A stretch of 64,000 nt of DNA. Origin: an uncultured Gammaproteobacteria bacterium. Lineage in GTDB: Bacteria; Patescibacteriota; Microgenomatia; Daviesbacterales; UBA10151. The stretch spans positions 60,575 through 124,574 of the forward strand of contig CAYMZD010000002.1 of NCBI GenBank assembly GCA_964394855.1, in the 5' to 3' direction. The notes beneath the pieces were generated by a model, which was given only the letters and a program-made list of their open reading frames with translations, made no database searches and had not been told where the DNA came from. Positions 1 to 8,993 of this stretch are shown here, in pieces. Within the stretch, counting starts at the first letter, position 1, and the number at the start of each line of letters is the position of its first letter. Position numbers and translations under genes: made by a program.

Positions 1-1074
1 GAGATGGGTGTTGATTATAAAGAAGGTATGGAGTTTGACAAGGGCTTTGTGAGTCCTTATTTTGTGACAGACACGGATAAAATGGAATCTTCCATTGAAG
101 ACCCTTACATTTTAATTACCGATAAAAAGATCTCCTCGGCTGCGGATTTGGTGGAATTTTTAAATAAATTTGTGCAGGTTTCCAAAGACTTGGTGATAAT
201 TGCCGATGAGGTGGAGGGTGAAGCTTTGGCTCTTTTGGTTGTGAACAAACTTCGAGGTACTATTAATGTGTTGGCAGTTCAGGCACCGGGATTTGGCGAC
301 AGACGCAAAGAGATGCTGGAAGATATTGCTACTCTTACAGGTGGGGTAGTTTTATCCGAGGATACCGGTAAAAAGCTTGAGTCAGCGGAGGTAACTGATT
401 TGGGACGGGCCGGCAGGGTAACATCCGATAAAGATAATACTTTGATAGTTGACGGTAAAGGAGCCAAGGCTAAAATTGAGGGAAGAATTGCTCAAATCAG
501 AAGGGAACTGGCAGCTTCAGATTCCGAATTTGACAGGGAAAAACTGCAGGAACGTTTGGCAAAACTGACCGGTGGGGTGGCAGTAATCAATGTGGGTGCT
601 GCTACTGAAATTGAATTAAAAGAGAAAAAGGAAAGAGTGATTGATGCGGTGGCTGCCACAAAGGCGGCTATTGAGGAGGGAATTGTCCCGGGTGGAGAGG
701 TGGCGCTTTTAAGGGCTGGTAAAGTTTTGGACAAAGATAATTTGAATGGTGAGGAAAAAGTGGGGTGGGAAATTGTTAAAAAAGCCCTGGAAGAGCCTTT
801 TAGATGGCTGGTTAAAAATGCTGGGTTGGATGAGGGAGTATCCTTGGCAAAAGTCCGAGAAGCGAATGGTAATTTGGGAATTGATGCTTTGGATGGTAGT
901 CTTAAGGATTTGGTTCAAGCAGGAATTATTGATCCGGTTAAAGTGGCCAGATCCGCTTTGCAAAATGCAGCATCAGTGGCGGTGATGATTATGACCACCA
1001 ACGTGTTAGTGAGTGACAAACCAGAACCCCCCGCACCTCCTCCACCCCCAGGCCCCGGCATGGGCGAGTACTAG
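1..1074 (+). CDS. groEL: Chaperonin GroEL, 5'-truncated by the window edge
   Basis: [45 protein letters not shown] and GIVPGG motifs; Pro-rich C-terminal tail. Confidence 0.98.
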   Translation, partial: EMGVDYKEGMEFDKGFVSPYFVTDTDKMESSIEDPYILITDKKISSAADLVEFLNKFVQVSKDLVIIADEVEGEALALLVVNKLRGTINVLAVQAPGFGDRRKEMLEDIATLTGGVVLSEDTGKKLESAEVTDLGRAGRVTSDKDNTLIVDGKGAKAKIEGRIAQIRRELAASDSEFDREKLQERLAKLTGGVAVINVGAATEIELKEKKERVIDAVAATKAAIEEGIVPGGEVALLRAGKVLDKDNLNGEEKVGWEIVKKALEEPFRWLVKNAGLDEGVSLAKVREANGNLGIDALDGSLKDLVQAGIIDPVKVARSALQNAASVAVMIMTTNVLVSDKPEPPAPPPPPGPGMGEY

Positions 1075-1075
1075 T

Positions 1076-1104
1076 TTGCAGCATAACTTATAGTGTGGTA
1101 AAAT
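1076..1104 (+). promoter_or_regulatory. sigma70-type promoter, probably leaderless
   Basis: TTGCAG (1076-1081), 17 nt, TGgTAAAAT (-10 at 1099-1104), 6 nt, ATG 1111. Confidence 0.7.
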
Positions 1105-1110
1105 ATTTAA

Positions 1111-1581
1111 ATGGAGACTTTGGTTGCCGAAGAAAGAGAAATTTCTTTTAATACAAGAGGATTAAATCAAACAGAACAAGATTTAGTGAGATCTGTAGCA
1201 TTTAGCGTTTTTCTGGGCGCACTCAAATGTGCTTCCTATTCTTTAAGGCGTTGTACATTTTTTGCAGATATTGCTTATGAACCATTAGTAAAATCCCTAG
1301 AAGGTATAGAAATAGCTTCAAATTCCAGAATAGAAGGTGATGACGAAAATCCATTTGACCAACACTATTGGTTGGCTTTTAATCTTCTAACAGAAGGTGG
1401 TGGAGTTCCAGAGGTAGTGTTAATAGACCCGATTTTTGGTTACTTAGGTTTAGAAAAATTTGCTGGTGATAAATTTCCAGGATGGACTGGACACCTGGAG
1501 TATTATCGAAGAAAAAGAATTGTCCCGTGGCGTACTCCAGTTTGGGAAGGCGGGGTTAGAATAAAAACAATCGGGATATAA
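1111..1581 (+). CDS. Hypothetical protein, possible transglutaminase/papain-like Cys-His-Asp fold
   Basis: 156 aa ORF with its own promoter; C (LKCAS), HYW and LIDP in triad-like order; fold is inference. Confidence 0.6.
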   Translation: METLVAEEREISFNTRGLNQTEQDLVRSVAFSVFLGALKCASYSLRRCTFFADIAYEPLVKSLEGIEIASNSRIEGDDENPFDQHYWLAFNLLTEGGGVPEVVLIDPIFGYLGLEKFAGDKFPGWTGHLEYYRRKRIVPWRTPVWEGGVRIKTIGI

Positions 1582-1666
1582 TTTTATTTAAATCATTATT
1601 TTTCGATCGAGAAAAAATGATTTCTGTATTTTATCACTCATGTTCGACTCATGGTACAATGGGTTT

Positions 1667-2260
1667 ATGGCCAAACTGCATTATAAGGAAAGTCCGACTC
1701 CTGCTCAAAAATCCTCTTTTGCCCCATACTTGGCAGAAGACGAGGAGCTGATTTTAGTGACCGGTTTATCCCAGGCCTATATTAGATCAAAATTTATTAT
1801 CTATCTTTTAATGCCTGGTTTAATCTTGGCTGTTTTGGGTTTTGGTTTGGGTTGGTTTTTACATTTTACCCAAACAGTCTCATTAATATTGGCTTTTATG
1901 CTGGCCATTTTAGCGGCTACCCTCAAAACCTTTCACTTATATCATGCCAACAGATATTTACTAACTACCAGAAGGGTGATTATCAAGAAAGGGTTATTGG
2001 CTGTTAAACTGACGGCAACTTTATATGATAAGATTACCCATCTGGAAGTGGATCAGGGAATTATCGACAGATTATTTTTGCACCACGGCACCATTATTGT
2101 TAACACAGCCGGGTTAAATAAAGGCGAAATAGTTTTGCAGTTTGTAGATTACCCCATGGAACTTAAAAACTTAATGGAAAGATTAATCAATCGGGAAAGA
2201 GAACAGTTCGGTCTTCGCGGTGGTTCTATCTCGGCTGTTGAAGGGGAGATAATTAATTAA
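1667..2260 (+). CDS. Bacterial PH (bPH_2) domain membrane protein
   Basis: Two TM helices then YLLTTRRVIIKKG...DQGIIDRLF...GTIIVNTAG; start moved to ATG 1667, 6 nt after TGgTACAAT. Confidence 0.8.
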   Translation: MAKLHYKESPTPAQKSSFAPYLAEDEELILVTGLSQAYIRSKFIIYLLMPGLILAVLGFGLGWFLHFTQTVSLILAFMLAILAATLKTFHLYHANRYLLTTRRVIIKKGLLAVKLTATLYDKITHLEVDQGIIDRLFLHHGTIIVNTAGLNKGEIVLQFVDYPMELKNLMERLINREREQFGLRGGSISAVEGEIIN

Positions 2261-2840
2261 AATCAGGTTTTAAAGTTTTCACCAAATCAGATTTTATTTG
2301 ATCTCCACCAGCAGGTCTTAAGGTTTCTGGGCTAGGATAACTAGGTACAGGAGGGAGAATAGTTAAGGGATCAATGTTTTGACCGTCTTTTTGGATTTCC
2401 AAATGAGTGTGTGGTCCAGAGGTATACCCAGTCAAACCCACTTCACCCAGAATGGTGTTTTGGCTGACTATTTGTCCTTTTTTCACATAAATTCTGCCCA
2501 TATGTCCATAAAGCGATTTTAAACCACGACTGTGGCTCACAATGACATGATTGCCATATCCCCACAACCAAATATTAACTTCTTCCACCACTCCCTCGGC
2601 GATAGGGCGGACTGGCATACCTAAACCTGTGGCCAAGTCCACACCTGGATGCCACGGGGAAAACTTGGTGGAAAGATATCCTGGATGGGGAAGCGCTAAA
2701 TTGGGAAACTGCTCTGCCACGATTTCTTGTTGCTGCTCTGATGCTAAAACTTTAGCCTGTCTCACAGGTGGGAATTGGACAATTGGCTGATACCCCAGCA
2801 AGATGAGAATACTAAAAGAGGTTATGATGAGCCGCCTCAA
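2253..2840 (-). CDS. M23 family metallopeptidase (peptidoglycan endopeptidase)
   Basis: HPGVD, YGH and GPHTHLE motifs; the track start at 2981 lies in a -35 box, while TTG 2840 gives signal-like MRRLIITSFSILILLG. Confidence 0.88.
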   Translation of the reverse strand: MRRLIITSFSILILLGYQPIVQFPPVRQAKVLASEQQQEIVAEQFPNLALPHPGYLSTKFSPWHPGVDLATGLGMPVRPIAEGVVEEVNIWLWGYGNHVIVSHSRGLKSLYGHMGRIYVKKGQIVSQNTILGEVGLTGYTSGPHTHLEIQKDGQNIDPLTILPPVPSYPSPETLRPAGGDQIKSDLVKTLKPDFN

Positions 2841-2952
2841 CCAAATGGATCTAAGCCTTGGCTCAATGTTGGGAAAGTGTCTTATTAGGGCATCCCGGTA
2901 AGAAACTCTCTTAGGCAGAAGGCTTTCTAGCCTTTTTAACAGACAAGGGCGG

Positions 2953-2981
2953 ATTTTAGCATAAATTGTGGCAATAGTCAA
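2953..2981 (-). promoter_or_regulatory. sigma70 promoter of the M23 peptidase gene
   Basis: Minus strand TTGACT, 17 nt, TGcTAAAAT. Confidence 0.7.
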
Positions 2982-3023
2982 ACTTAAAGTATAATTAATT
3001 AAGCGCTTATCAAATAAAAATCA

Positions 3024-3836
3024 ATGAAGAAGGCAATTTTTTTAATTTTGGTTTTAGTGAGCCTCTTGATATTATTAGTCCGATTTGGGGCTGTACCACT
3101 TTTGGGTTTACTTAATGTTAAAGAAAAAGCTGGTTTAAAAATACAATCAACTCCTAGCGCAGCACAGGTTTTTGTTGATGAGTTATCAGTTGGTAAAACT
3201 CCTTTTGAAGAGGATAATTTCACTCCAGGTGAGAAAATTGTTAGATTGGAAATTGGTGAAAATAAATGGCAAGGTCAAGTTAAACTAGTTGAGGGGACGC
3301 TGACAGTGATTAATAGGGATCTAGCAAAAGATAATACCTCGTCTGCGGGTGAGATATTAACATTAGAAAAAGGCGCTGGGGCAACAGTCATCTCGCTACC
3401 TTCAGAAGCAATGGTGGAGATTGATGGTAAGACAGAGGGTCTCACTCCTTTAAAAATAGATTTGACCGTAGGAGAACACACCTTTGTAATTTCCAAAGGA
3501 GAATATCTTAAAAGGGGTATTCGGGTCCAAGTCCCGGCAGGATTTAATTTGATTTTGACTGTAGATTTGGCTTTGACTGAAACAGATTTGACTAATGTAA
3601 ACTTCCCCACAGTAACTGGTACCTCTTTCTTGGTGGTAAAAAATACTCCCACCGGATTTTTAAGAGTCAGAGATAAACCTTCGCTTTCAGGTGCAGAAGT
3701 GACCAGGGTTTCCCCTGGGGATGAACTGATTTTATTGGAGGAGGGATCTTCCTGGGATAAAATCAGATTACCCAATGGCACAGAAGGTTATGTCTCCACT
3801 AGTTATGTAGAGAAAAAGACATCTCAAGCTCCTTAA
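3024..3836 (+). CDS. PEGA domain plus C-terminal bacterial SH3 domain surface protein
   Basis: N-terminal TM, two PEGA-like repeats (VFVDE..GKTP, VEIDG..GLTP), SH3b FLRVR..PS..GYVSTSYV. Confidence 0.85.
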   Translation: MKKAIFLILVLVSLLILLVRFGAVPLLGLLNVKEKAGLKIQSTPSAAQVFVDELSVGKTPFEEDNFTPGEKIVRLEIGENKWQGQVKLVEGTLTVINRDLAKDNTSSAGEILTLEKGAGATVISLPSEAMVEIDGKTEGLTPLKIDLTVGEHTFVISKGEYLKRGIRVQVPAGFNLILTVDLALTETDLTNVNFPTVTGTSFLVVKNTPTGFLRVRDKPSLSGAEVTRVSPGDELILLEEGSSWDKIRLPNGTEGYVSTSYVEKKTSQAP

Positions 3837-4756
3837 TAAGAGGTAATAATAATGACCAGGAAAAGCCAGATTAAAACTGATGCCAGGAGTGGTTTATCAG
3901 TGATGAGTACTCTCTCTGGTGATTCTCCTTCTTTTTTCTCATAAATTATATAGAGATAGCGCATCACCCCATAAATAACAACTGGTACAGTGGCCATAAA
4001 GTATTTAGCTTCAAAAACTGATAAATTCAACTGTCCCAAAAAAATCACTAAATTTCTAGGAGTTAAAATTGTTGGTTGCAGAAAAGCAAATAGAGCATAA
4101 GTTAGCCAGGTGGAGTTGGCAAACATAGAGGTTAAAATATCCAGCAAACTTTCCGGATAATGCAGTAGAGTCTCTCGATGTTTAAAGGCTTGGCTCTGCA
4201 TTAAAGTTCGCTCTGAACGTCTTTTGCCTATAGCTAAAAATAGGGCAAAAGAGGTGATAGAGAGAAGAAACCAAACATTTAGATGAGCATCAATTATCCA
4301 CACTCCGCCGTAGACCCGTAGAACAAAGCCGGCAGCAATGACCATAATATCCAAGAGAATGATCTGCTTTAAGTAAGCTGAATAAAAAAGCTGCAAAATT
4401 AAATAGAGAAAAGAGGCCAGAAAAAAAGCAGGAGATAGTTTATAAGATAGCGGTAAAAGGATAAAAATTAAGACCAAGGCAAAACCGGCAGCTACATATG
4501 GGGGGATTAAACCAGAGGCAATGGGACGCTTTTTTTTAAATGGATGAAGTTTATCTCTTTCTATATCAAAGACATCATTTAAAAGATAAGTAGCTGAAGA
4601 GAAACCACAAAAAAGCAGAAAACCATAAAATGTCCTTAGTTGCAATTCAGGTACAAACAGCGAACCAGAGAGAAGTAATGCAGCAAAAACTGCAAAATTT
4701 TTTATCCATTGTCTTGGTCGTAAGGCTTTGATAAGCCCCCAAAGAAATTGAGCCAA
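3833..4756 (-). CDS. UbiA-family prenyltransferase (decaprenyl-phosphate phosphoribosyltransferase-like)
   Basis: LRPRQWIKN and YLLNDVFDIERDKLHPFKKKRPIASG. Confidence 0.9.
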   Translation of the reverse strand: MAQFLWGLIKALRPRQWIKNFAVFAALLLSGSLFVPELQLRTFYGFLLFCGFSSATYLLNDVFDIERDKLHPFKKKRPIASGLIPPYVAAGFALVLIFILLPLSYKLSPAFFLASFLYLILQLFYSAYLKQIILLDIMVIAAGFVLRVYGGVWIIDAHLNVWFLLSITSFALFLAIGKRRSERTLMQSQAFKHRETLLHYPESLLDILTSMFANSTWLTYALFAFLQPTILTPRNLVIFLGQLNLSVFEAKYFMATVPVVIYGVMRYLYIIYEKKEGESPERVLITDKPLLASVLIWLFLVIIITSY

Positions 4757-5787
4757 AGTAATCCTCCTAATAAGCTTGCTCCTACTAAAATGGCGGCAAA
4801 AACCTTCCCCCGGCTATCTAAGGTGAGAGCAACAGCTCCCAGAATAGCAGAAAGGAGCATATAAAACAAGCTGATTTGTTGATGAGTTAGCCCTAAGTCT
4901 AAAAGACGATGATGCAGGTGTCCTCTATCTCCCCAAAGAGGCGACTTACCAGATAATACTCGTCTCCAAAAAGTATAGATAAAATCTGTGGCGGGAACTA
5001 GCAGGACTAAACCGGCAGTGGCCAGTTTGGCACCAGATAAAATAGCCAGAGTAGCTATCATAAAACCCAAGATAGTGGAGCCGGAAAATCCGGGGAATAT
5101 TTTGGCTGGATGCCAATTAAAAATTAAAAATGCCAAAGAGGTGGCGGCAGTGACAAATGAAATCCGGGCAATATTAAACTGATTGGGATCTCCTTGCCAA
5201 AAAAGCTTTAAAGATAAAATCCCCAAAATGGTGGCGGCAACTACCACAATACCTGGCATCTGACCATCTACCCCCTTTGACCAATTAATCATATTCATGA
5301 CCCAGACAATCCAAAAAATAGCCAAGATATCAGCTAGTAGAATAATCTGATGGGCCCCAAAAAAATTAATAGGCAAAGTGACAGTATCCAATCTGATAAT
5401 CCCTCCCAAGGGATTGGTAATAAAGGTAATCCCCACCCCGGCTAAAACTACTATCAATGCTGCCAAGAATTGAGCTATGAGACGAATATATGGGGATAAG
5501 TTATGAAATTTATCGTCAGCCAAGCCGACTATCAATAAAACCAAAAGAGAAATAATGATGCCAATGATATGTTTTTGCAAGGGAACAAATAATAATATTG
5601 TTGCCACTAGCCCCAGAAAACAAGCCAATCCCCCTGCTCTGGGTACCACTCTTTTTTGGACATGAGCTGGATGGGGTCGCAGTTTTGGATCGTCCATTAA
5701 ACTATATTTTTGGGCCAATTTAATGGTCAAGGGTATGGAAAAAGCAGTGATTAAAAAAGCAACAATAGCTGGGAAAATAATCTCCAT
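4702..5787 (-). CDS. MraY/WecA-family polyprenyl-phosphate GlcNAc-1-phosphate transferase
   Basis: PRAGG, GLADDK, NWHPAKIFPG and DRGHLHHRL motifs; ATG 5787 overlaps upstream stop. Confidence 0.88.
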   Translation of the reverse strand: MEIIFPAIVAFLITAFSIPLTIKLAQKYSLMDDPKLRPHPAHVQKRVVPRAGGLACFLGLVATILLFVPLQKHIIGIIISLLVLLIVGLADDKFHNLSPYIRLIAQFLAALIVVLAGVGITFITNPLGGIIRLDTVTLPINFFGAHQIILLADILAIFWIVWVMNMINWSKGVDGQMPGIVVVAATILGILSLKLFWQGDPNQFNIARISFVTAATSLAFLIFNWHPAKIFPGFSGSTILGFMIATLAILSGAKLATAGLVLLVPATDFIYTFWRRVLSGKSPLWGDRGHLHHRLLDLGLTHQQISLFYMLLSAILGAVALTLDSRGKVFAAILVGASLLGGLLWLNFFGGLSKPYDQDNG

Positions 5788-6122
5788 TAGATAAAAATTA
5801 AAATAATTTTCATAAAACTGACCAGTAAAACAGTGGCACAAACCAGCGATGTAGCTTGTATGACTTGTTTAAAAAGGCGCTGCTTATCATGCAGCTGCCA
5901 GTAAATCATTAAATTGATTAGGGTAATGCAAACTAAAATGGCGGGCAGGATGAAAAATTGTGGCAGCATTGCCAGCTGCCCCTCGCCCCAGGGAAGAGAG
6001 TAAAACAAAGGTAATTTAGATGGAGAAAATATTGGCATGAAAAGAATTACCGTGGTCATCACCACAGCCAAAAATATTGGCCATAACTCAATTTTTAAGA
6101 AAACTTTTGCTTTACGGCCCAT
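5787..6122 (-). CDS. Small three-TM membrane protein (DUF1648-like)
   Basis: LPLFYSLPWGEGQL between hydrophobic helices; coupled to both neighbours. Confidence 0.65.
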   Translation of the reverse strand: MGRKAKVFLKIELWPIFLAVVMTTVILFMPIFSPSKLPLFYSLPWGEGQLAMLPQFFILPAILVCITLINLMIYWQLHDKQRLFKQVIQATSLVCATVLLVSFMKIILIFI

Positions 6123-7900
6123 CAGCTATTTTTCCCCTGCAATCTGGTTTTAATGGTTGTCCTAAACTCTAGATATTTTCCCAACATTAAAGTAGTTTGG
6201 GCATCAATAGCAGGTAGGGAAGCAATAGTCACCAGCACAATAGGTACCAACAGCCATTGGAAATATGAGAAAAACTTTTTTATCAAAGACCAATTGGGGG
6301 GTCTTTTGGGAATAGTTTTTTCATGAACATAGATGGTGGAAAAAAGCCCCAAAAAGGCAATGGTTAAAACCCAAGACGAAGCAATAGAGAGATTATAGGC
6401 CACGACAGATTCTGAATATTGGGGATTGATAAAACCGATTAAAACACCGCCAAAAGTAATAAAAAGTGCCAGCGTACCCCATTTTAAGTATGACCAAATT
6501 ATAAAAATTAATCGGTCGGTTTTATTCCAAAAATCTAATCGTGAGTTTTTAAAGTATTGTTTAATAATAAATGGAAGATGTTCTACGCCATAAGCCCACC
6601 TTTTAAGTTGTAAATATTGATTTTGGAAAGTTTTCAAAAGATTAACATCAACCACGGTGTCAGCGCTAATTGGTAAGTAATGAGGAATGACTTTATAATC
6701 ACCATCAAAATAATAATATGCTTTCCAGAAAAATCCGGCATCATCATTAACTTTATCAGGAATCCACAGCCCCACATCAAGTAATGATTTTAAGTTGATG
6801 GAGAGGGAGGAAAAGTTGATATATTTATCGCTCCCCACCATTTCTGATATTTGCCAAAAGGCAGTGCCAGAGGCAATGACCCGCATTGGGGCAGGAGCTT
6901 GCCAGTAGTTGTTGTAATATAAAAATACTCCGGTAAAAGAACGTTTATCCCGTTCATTCTCTGGGGTTTTTAAGTATTTATGTAAAGCCCCTGCTAAAAA
7001 TTGAGGATGAATCACAAAATCAGCATCCAGAGTGGTCACAAAAACATCCTCTGGTTTGATACCCAGTTTTTTGAATTCTGAAACGGCATTTTTGATCATC
7101 CAGTTTCTGTTAGTTCCTGGTCCTGGCACCTCACCTGATAGCCCAAAAGGGTGTATGGTGGTGAAAACTCCGCCAATTTTTTTAGAGTACTTTGCTAAAT
7201 ATTTCTTAGTTTCATTGATTTTTTTAAGATCATCCCTCTGCTCAAAACCAACAGCCAAAAAAAGTTTTTTCTGGGGATAACTGGAATGGGCAATAGCCTC
7301 AAAAGCAGGAGCTAAAACCTCCAGAGGCTCTTTATAAGTGGGTAAAAGTAAGAGGTGGTAGTATTTTTCCCACTGGCGAGGAAAATCTTGTTCTAGTTCT
7401 TCTAGCCAATTTTGTTTGGCTGCCCAGGTAAATTTTTTATAACCTATAAAAATTAAAATGGCAATTTTTAAAGAGTTAAAAAGCCAATAGATGTCAGCTA
7501 ATATGATTAGGTAGGCAACAGCAAAAGGTAGGGTGAATGAAAGCCAAATGGGAGAGGTTAAAGCTAACCAAGTTAAGGCCCCAGGTAGGATTTCCAATAA
7601 ACGCTCTACTTTAGTGTCATGTTTTTGAATAAAATCTCTTTCTATTTTTTCAGAGAAAAGATACCGTTCGGATAAAAGATGATGGGCAATGATCCCCACG
7701 CCTGCTCCTACCAGAAAATAACCAGCCAAAATATTTAAAGGGTAGCCTAAACCTGGTCCCCAAATTCCCAAAATTATTCCAGCCAAAATGGAAAACAGTC
7801 CCACTAGAGAGTGAAGTTTGATCTTGACAACTTGTTTAAAAAGGGCAGCAAGGTAAAAAAATGATAACAGTCCAATTAAAAGCGCCAAAAGAAATCTCAT
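6122..7900 (-). CDS. GT2-family integral membrane glycosyltransferase
   Basis: PTYKEP, DADF, VNDD and QLKRWAYG (QxxRW) motifs. Confidence 0.88.
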   Translation of the reverse strand: MRFLLALLIGLLSFFYLAALFKQVVKIKLHSLVGLFSILAGIILGIWGPGLGYPLNILAGYFLVGAGVGIIAHHLLSERYLFSEKIERDFIQKHDTKVERLLEILPGALTWLALTSPIWLSFTLPFAVAYLIILADIYWLFNSLKIAILIFIGYKKFTWAAKQNWLEELEQDFPRQWEKYYHLLLLPTYKEPLEVLAPAFEAIAHSSYPQKKLFLAVGFEQRDDLKKINETKKYLAKYSKKIGGVFTTIHPFGLSGEVPGPGTNRNWMIKNAVSEFKKLGIKPEDVFVTTLDADFVIHPQFLAGALHKYLKTPENERDKRSFTGVFLYYNNYWQAPAPMRVIASGTAFWQISEMVGSDKYINFSSLSINLKSLLDVGLWIPDKVNDDAGFFWKAYYYFDGDYKVIPHYLPISADTVVDVNLLKTFQNQYLQLKRWAYGVEHLPFIIKQYFKNSRLDFWNKTDRLIFIIWSYLKWGTLALFITFGGVLIGFINPQYSESVVAYNLSIASSWVLTIAFLGLFSTIYVHEKTIPKRPPNWSLIKKFFSYFQWLLVPIVLVTIASLPAIDAQTTLMLGKYLEFRTTIKTRLQGKNS

Positions 7901-8676
7901 GCTGAAAGTAAGTTTACAACATTTGTAGTTGTTTGTCTTGCCAGCTCTTCCAAGGAGAGATTTTTAATATGCGCCACCACTTTAGCAGCTTCCACTACAT
8001 TGGCCGGTTCATTGCGTTTACCCCTTTGTATTTGTGGGGGTAAAAAGGGGGAGTCTGTTTCCAAAACTATTCTATCTAAGGGTAATAATTTTATAGCTTC
8101 AAGTAAATAATCGTTTTTTGGGTAGGTGATATTGCAGGCAAAGGAAACTAAGAAGTTGGTGGAATTAAGAGCTAGATTAGTGGTAGATGGTAAACCGCTG
8201 TAGCAGTGGTAAATTCCAAAATGATCTTTGGTCATTTGCAAAACCTCATCCCAGGCATCTCGACAGTGGACTATTAAAGGTAAATGCAATTTTTTGGCCA
8301 AGTCAATTTGGGCTTGAAAAAGTTTTCTTTGTGCTTTCTTAGTTTGTTCGTCAATATCCTTATAATCCAAACCGCATTCTCCCACAGCCACAACTTTCTC
8401 CGGTGCACTGCGGTATATTTCCTCAAGTAGTTTACCCTGAGCGAGTGGAGCGAGTCGAAGGGCTTCATGGGGATGAATGCCAATGGTGGATAAAACTCGT
8501 AATCCTTTTGGCCAAGGATAATTTTTTACTTGTTCCAGGGCTTTTCGGGAAGTTTTAATATCAACCCCTATATTAATAATGTAGGAAACCTTGGCCGCCA
8601 CAGCTTTTTTAATTACCTCATCAAAATCATCTTTGAATGAATCCCAATATAAATGCGCATGTGTATCAGCTAACAT
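7897..8676 (-). CDS. tatD: TatD-family DNase
   Basis: DTHAH, GIHPH, GECGLD, IVHCRDA and LETDSP motifs. Confidence 0.95.
   Translation of the reverse strand: MLADTHAHLYWDSFKDDFDEVIKKAVAAKVSYIINIGVDIKTSRKALEQVKNYPWPKGLRVLSTIGIHPHEALRLAPLAQGKLLEEIYRSAPEKVVAVGECGLDYKDIDEQTKKAQRKLFQAQIDLAKKLHLPLIVHCRDAWDEVLQMTKDHFGIYHCYSGLPSTTNLALNSTNFLVSFACNITYPKNDYLLEAIKLLPLDRIVLETDSPFLPPQIQRGKRNEPANVVEAAKVVAHIKNLSLEELARQTTTNVVNLLSA
8435..8462 (-). repeat. REP-like hairpin (TTCGA..CTCA family) inside tatD
   Basis: Coding strand CCC-TTCGA-CTCGCTCCACTCG-CTCA-GGG, encoding LRLAPLAQG. Confidence 0.75.
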
Positions 8677-8678
8677 AA

Positions 8679-8993
8679 TTAAGGATTTTTAATTATTTCC
8701 TCCAGAATTATTCTTTTTTTGAATTCTCCGCGATCAATAGCTTTTTGCTGTTTTATTTTTTGTAATTTAGTTGGATTAATATTTTTAAGTTTACAGATGG
8801 CATCAATAACTTCTAGCATATCTGCCAGTTCTTCAGGATTTTGTTCTTTTAAAAATTCCTCAACCTCTTCCTGCAACTTTTCCAGTAGTTTTTTTCTGTA
8901 TTCTTCATTGTTGGCAATATGAGTTATTGGGGTTTGCCCGTCTGCTTTGATAATTTCCGGAATTTTATCTCTGACTAATTTATTATATTTCAT
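8679..8993 (-). CDS. MazG-like nucleoside triphosphate pyrophosphohydrolase
   Basis: YNKLVRDKIPEII, KLQEEVEEF and EELADMLEV. Confidence 0.85.
   Translation of the reverse strand: MKYNKLVRDKIPEIIKADGQTPITHIANNEEYRKKLLEKLQEEVEEFLKEQNPEELADMLEVIDAICKLKNINPTKLQKIKQQKAIDRGEFKKRIILEEIIKNP

Noticed and set aside
1638-1653. CATG-TTCGA-CTCA-TG, resembling the TTCGA..CTCA family
   Set aside because: No spacer and a very short stem, and it overlaps a promoter; could be chance
2890-2935. Partial resemblance to the c-di-GMP-I riboswitch (AAAGCC..GCCTAAG..TGCC on minus)
   Set aside because: The GAAA-tetraloop P2 arm and GGACGCAAA junction are missing; kept only as a generic leader candidate
8172-8195. 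Degenerate heptamer-like tracts in tatD (and in holA near 21381-21419)
   Set aside because: Units are too divergent to distinguish from background by eye
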